The position numbers and the translations under genes were made by a program. 36,342 nucleotides of DNA, from assembly GCF_006345805.1 (NCBI RefSeq), contig NW_021824704.1:1-36342 (forward strand). Reading direction: 5' to 3'. The stretch comes from Octopus sinensis. Taxonomy: Eukaryota. The notes under the pieces are model-generated. The model saw nothing but the letters and a program-made list of their open reading frames with translations. It ran no database searches and was not told the origin of the DNA. Below, piece by piece: positions 36,312 to 36,342 of this stretch (its first letter is position 1; each line of letters starts with the position of its first letter).

Positions 36312-36342
36312 AACGCCAACCAGCCGAGAGTGTAGAGGGTGC

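Overview
Repeat-saturated eukaryotic DNA with no intact protein-coding gene that I can support and nothing prokaryotic (no operon, CRISPR or rRNA). The three tRNA-headed SINE families and the RTE/CR1 LINE fragments look like the repeats I associate with octopod cephalopod genomes; this is recognition from memory, not a database match. Contents: dozens of SINE copies, often in head-to-tail ~183-185 bp arrays; 5'-truncated RTE LINE ends with a 67-bp minisatellite and (GAT)n tail; CR1-type RT and C-terminal fragments, themselves tandemly duplicated (471 bp and 311 bp periods); a Helitron-like 3' end; a ~199-bp satellite; three kb-scale G-poor compound microsatellites; two long fold-back inverted repeats. 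All long ORFs in the track except the LINE fragments are microsatellite or SINE artefacts. Best leads: (1) a CR1 3' fragment found three times at the same nucleotide of different RTE 3' UTR copies, with empty sites in the same window; (2) a near-perfect 320-bp-arm fold-back with a hammerhead-like motif in each arm; (3) a hairpin-capped composite element that appears to have seeded the satellite. Some stretches show indel and homopolymer noise typical of under-polished long reads, so tandem copy numbers need read-level confirmation.
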